From Balanoglossus misakiensis (lineage: Eukaryota; Animalia; Hemichordata), in contig CM082584.2 in NCBI GenBank assembly GCA_040954595.2, positions 6,266,110 through 6,330,109 on the forward strand: a stretch of DNA of 64,000 nt. The letters are read 5' to 3'. This document shows, piece after piece, positions 59,664-64,000 of this stretch. Position 1 is the first letter of the stretch. Every line of letters starts with the position of its first letter. The position numbers and the translations under genes are program-made. A model generated the notes under the pieces. That model was not told the origin of the DNA and did no database searches. It saw only the letters and a list, made by a program, of their open reading frames with translations.

Positions 59664-62480
59664 TCACTGGGTGTCCGTCGTATCCTGTGCAAAATTGGGC
59701 ATCTGGAAAAACACGTCTATAATGTCACCGTCCTTCATTCCGTAGAAATCGGCGCTGTGTTCGTAGAATACCAGTTCGCCCTCGTATATGAAGCGGAGGG
59801 CGTGTAGTTTGTGTCCCGTCCGCAGGCAGTACTCCTTGCAGATGGCTTTCAGAGCTGTTTTACGGCTGATTTTGTAGCAGAAAAGTTCCCCCTCCGGTGA
59901 GCTGATGAACACGGTGACGTTCTGACTTTTGTGCCTTTTTGGCATCGGAAGATCCAGAGACCTGGGAAGTAGTGAAGAAAATATGATGAAAATTAAAACA
60001 TGACGCATTGATCTCGGTTATACAGCCTTGCTAGTGGGATGAAGAGTACCAAGTGAGACTATAGACACAGACAGTAATTTTAATTGTGGAGTGAGTGATC
60101 TTGGAATATCACAACATTCATGTACCCCGTAATGTCACCACCTTCCACTATGGGCCCTTTTTTCCTGTATGTAAGACACAGAGGAACACAGGCAGCAACA
60201 TTCCTTGATTTGGAAGGACATGTACATGTACTCTTATAACACATCCTTGGCCTTAGGTTTGACAAATCAGATTAATACAATATTGATGTATCATAAGAAC
60301 AGTTTGGGGAAACCTGGTTCTATCTGCAAATTGATAATTCATGTCACACATAACAGAACAGCTCAACTACATGATTGATGAACAAGATTATAGATATATG
60401 CTTTCCAAACAAGAGAGGGCCTTTTGTTGAAACTGCCAGATGCTACACTGATTGCAGTAATGGGAGGTGTGCCCGGATTACAATATGTAGTGAGTCAGAT
60501 TGCATCCTAACAATGCATTGTTTACTGTTGATATGGAAATGATTAATGCATGGTACTGAATGTCCAGTTTGCAGATGGGATATTTTTTGTTTCCTGCGGT
60601 CACATATGCCCCTATGAAGATTTTTTCATGGTGGCAGAATTCAATACAGAAATTTGAATGACCTAATGAGAAGATAATTGGTGGGTGGAGACATAAAATA
60701 CACAGCTTAACACTCTGGCTATGAAATACTTAAGTACACAATAGTGATGTGTACACATTGTTTTAGACAAAAAAAATGCAGGTGACTTGTTAGTAAATTT
60801 GCAAATACGTCATTTCTTGGCAAAACTGCTAAACACATATCATGAACCCGAAAGCAAATAGAGAACCAAGAATAATTATGCTCTATCTGAAAAGGAAACT
60901 GTTTTGAGTTAAAATCCTTCTATTTCTGTGTGTCACTGCATGGAGCTCGCACTGGAACTTAAGGCGACGACCAGTTTGAATTAAAATAAGTTTTAAACTA
61001 ATACTGTTAGTATTCATATATGAGGAAGTTTTGTTTCATGAATGAAAGCTTTTTGGCTGTGGATGTCTATTAAAACATGAATCTTAATAAATGTGATAGA
61101 AATAGACCAATATTGGAAACCTACATGGAGCTTCACAAACTACATTGCGTCATACTACAGCCAATATCCATAGGTTTGATAATGCGTTTCTTCATTATCA
61201 TAAATCATGGAGGGTGGGTGGTAATCACTGTCTTGGCTCTGACTCACTAAGGTCAGTACTGACCTTGTCTTCTCCGACCCCGTGCCACTACCGCTGCCGA
61301 TACTGCACGTGGCTCTCCGGCTTGTGCTGCAGGTGCTGGCCGAGATGTCCGTTTCGTAGCCGCCTTCGCTGTCGGCGTGCGACCTCTTTGTGCCCGACCG
61401 GCTTTTGTCTAGTTGGCATTCAACTGTATTGGGAATAAAATGGGGAAATGTTCCAGGTGTTAAAATGTCCACTCAGCAAAAGTGTTTTCTACAAATCCAA
61501 TTTTTGTTTTATTGTATATATATGTATAAGTGTGTTCTTTGTAGCAATAATTCTCATCTGTAATTGTCGTCAAATGACACCTTACTGCCATAAAGTTGGA
61601 TAATAAAACAGTTTAAATAAGTAATGGCAAATCTTAAAATGTGTTATACTGATATGCAGACTTTTGAACACTTAAAAAAATTATTAATACGGCATAGGGT
61701 GCAAAAAGTGTTTACTAGAATTTAAGCATGATTTACTAAATGACCAATTCATGATGATGTACATTTGTATTTGTAACATAATGACCAATGAAATGGAAAT
61801 AATAAATACATGTACATGCAATATCACTATTTTGCATTGTTCTAAATACAATGCATGTTGTTAAATCGAGCATCAGCTGTTATGTGCATATATCAATTTG
61901 AAGGATGGTATTTACTACTAATTTATTAATTAGTTTCAAAATGTTGTGTCCGATCGAAGGCATGAAAAATCTGATCGAGAGTCATGAGCGAAGCCCTGTA
62001 CCATTATGTATTACTGTATTGCAACTTACAACACAACGTTTGGACCAAACAATAGAATTTGAAAACATTGAAAAAGCGTTAAACACAAAACAACTCTTTT
62101 GATCGAATAACATACAGACCTTCTATTTCGTATAGTTCACTCTGGTCTCTAAGCAAAGGGTAATATTCAGTCCAATCCATTTGGCATTGTATTGGAAACT
62201 CCTTTCGCCTCCTCCCGCTCGTCCGAAACAAGCTCACTTTGACGCTTTTGTGTTCTATCTTGGTCACTCCGTGTTTGATTGCACTCGACTCGATTCTCCT
62301 CGTCAACATCTGTTTGAAATCCTTGAATTTGCAACAGTCAATTGTTTGATCGCTCGGCAGGCAGATCATAAAGTTCCACGACTTGAAGGTATTGCTCTCC
62401 CCTTGTTTGTGGAGGTTGGCGCGACAGTCTATTACAACTTTTGCGGTTTCTTTTCCATTGCGGTTTGAATCTTCCGCCAT
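59664..62480 (-). CDS. Uncharacterised protein (about 272 aa) with a C-terminal SUMO-like domain lacking the di-glycine
   Basis: Exons 62480-62120, 61423-61264, 59961-59664 join in frame (phase 1, phase 2; 819 nt). The last exon NVTVFISSPEGELFCYKISRKTALKAICKEYCLRTGHKLHALRFIYEGELV..YGMKDGDIIDVFFQ aligns with SUMO (FKIKRHTPL..YCERQG..RFRFDG..MEDEDTIDVFQQ). Confidence 0.7.
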
Positions 62481-64000
62481 TGTTGTTCCCCAAATGGTTT
62501 CACCTTGCCGTCGACCCTTTACGTCCGTGTACGGGGTGAGTTTTAGTACGGCGAAATGAAAGTCGGTCAACCGAGAAGTTTGTCTCTCTCGGCGGGCTCA
62601 GATCTTATCAGTACTGAAATATTTCTTCCGGGAGGAGACATCGGTGCACAGAGATTTAAATGACGAGTTTGAAATGCATTGTGATTTCGTAACTCAGCGT
62701 ATGTCCTGGTTCGAGGCTCATTTGAAATCAGCGCCTTGAAGTGTTGACCAATGAGATTCGTTGTCTCAGGAGGCATGCGTCAAAACATGCTAAATTTGGA
62801 AGGTGTGCTGTTTGGTTGACGGTACTGTAGGTCAACTGGCGTTTATTTGTGGAAAGGGGGAACCATAAGTTGTCATTCTTCGGCCGAACTATCCGGTGAA
62901 AGGTGAGCACGGTTGAATTTGACTGGAATATTTCGTGTTACAAGAGTTAATTTTATTAACAGACAGTATAATAATCAGCAAGGTTCTACTGTCTGTAGTT
63001 TTCTGAAACATACCGTGAATAGCAATAGAGAATCGACATCGAATGTATGTCGACCGGTCGACACTGTGGCCTGTACATACTCACATTTTTATGCGTGCAT
63101 GTTATCTAGCGCTGGGCTACAATGCTAAATCTCGCACCGAGTGCATACCAGCATGTCCAGAATAACATTTTTGAATTGCCGTGTGAAATTATCTATCAGA
63201 TCGGACAACAGAGTCAACGCACTACAACAGTTTGGATGATTGTTGTGTCTGCTTCAGCCTGTTCAGGACACTTCAATGGTTGTCTATGGTGTAGCACGTC
63301 TGACGCAAAACTATTAGGAAAATGTCCATTGCCGCATAATAAGATCAATCACCCGGCCACTCACATAACTGATCTTCTTTTTTATTTAAATGTATGCTGT
63401 CGATATATTTCGAAAACAGTGAGTTGACCACGACCGATCCGAGACGGTTTATTATGGTAACGTTGACTTGCCTTCTTTGACAGATGTCTATCGCAGACAC
63501 AGCACATTTTTTTTGCCTGTCCCAACAAGTCTACTTCACACTCACTGTATTTCGTGGGAAAACAAACCGCATGTATAGTATAACGGGATAATTATTGAAT
63601 TGCGTGGTGTTTTCACGTTATAGTGTTCAATTGATCGTTTTGTTTCTGGTCAGATTAATTACGGAATGATCGTCACGCGTAATCCGTTGAAATTTTCCGC
63701 AAACAGCTGTTGAAAAGGGCAGATTGGATGATTCATTTCAACTTCCGTGCTATGTGTTCCAGCCCAACAGGCAACATTTGCTGGCGAACATCACATGTGA
63801 TACCTGACGTCACCTCATGTGTTCTGTTTCTGGTCACGAAGTGACAATATTGTCCCCACAGTCTTTGGTATTTTTTTCGATTCTTACAGTTTAATTAATC
63901 ATGCAAACATATTATGATGTGGCAGTCATATGCCATATGGGATACAGCGTGTACAATGTAGTTGTTTATTAATTAAAAGGTATCAAAATGTATACTGCAT

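Noticed and set aside
59664-59961. Calling this gene SUMO or NFATC2IP
   Set aside because: No di-Gly, only one SUMO-like domain, and it is spliced to unrelated upstream exons.
1-64000. CRISPR arrays, prokaryotic operons, rRNA
   Set aside because: No repeat-spacer periodicity or rRNA-like sequence; the DNA is intron-containing animal genome.

Overview
Eukaryotic (animal) genomic DNA with spliceosomal introns. The gene content (FoxQ2, SCL/TAL1, HMGXB4, a TRHR/ETHR-type GPCR) and the repeats fit a marine invertebrate, plausibly an ambulacrarian such as a hemichordate; the taxon is an inference. In order: a minus-strand secreted coiled-coil plus EGF-repeat gene with one EGF per phase-1 exon; two convergent paralogous JHAMT-like SAM methyltransferases (4 exons each); a gene-poor block holding an intronless FoxQ2-family gene and an intronless SCL/TAL1 bHLH gene; a class A peptide GPCR with a single coding exon; a strong CTCF motif; HMGXB4 (6 exons); and a convergent 3-exon gene encoding an unrecognised N-terminal domain fused to a SUMO-like domain that lacks the di-Gly. 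Non-coding DNA holds two families of hairpin-rich non-autonomous elements with a shared architecture, several small MITEs and microsatellites. No rRNA, tRNA or CRISPR features are supported. I found no single clear novel multi-gene system. The best leads are the SUMO-like fusion gene with a palindromic splice donor, the JHAMT-like pair, the Cys-staggered EGF array and the foldback elements. Exon boundaries were read by eye and need transcript confirmation.
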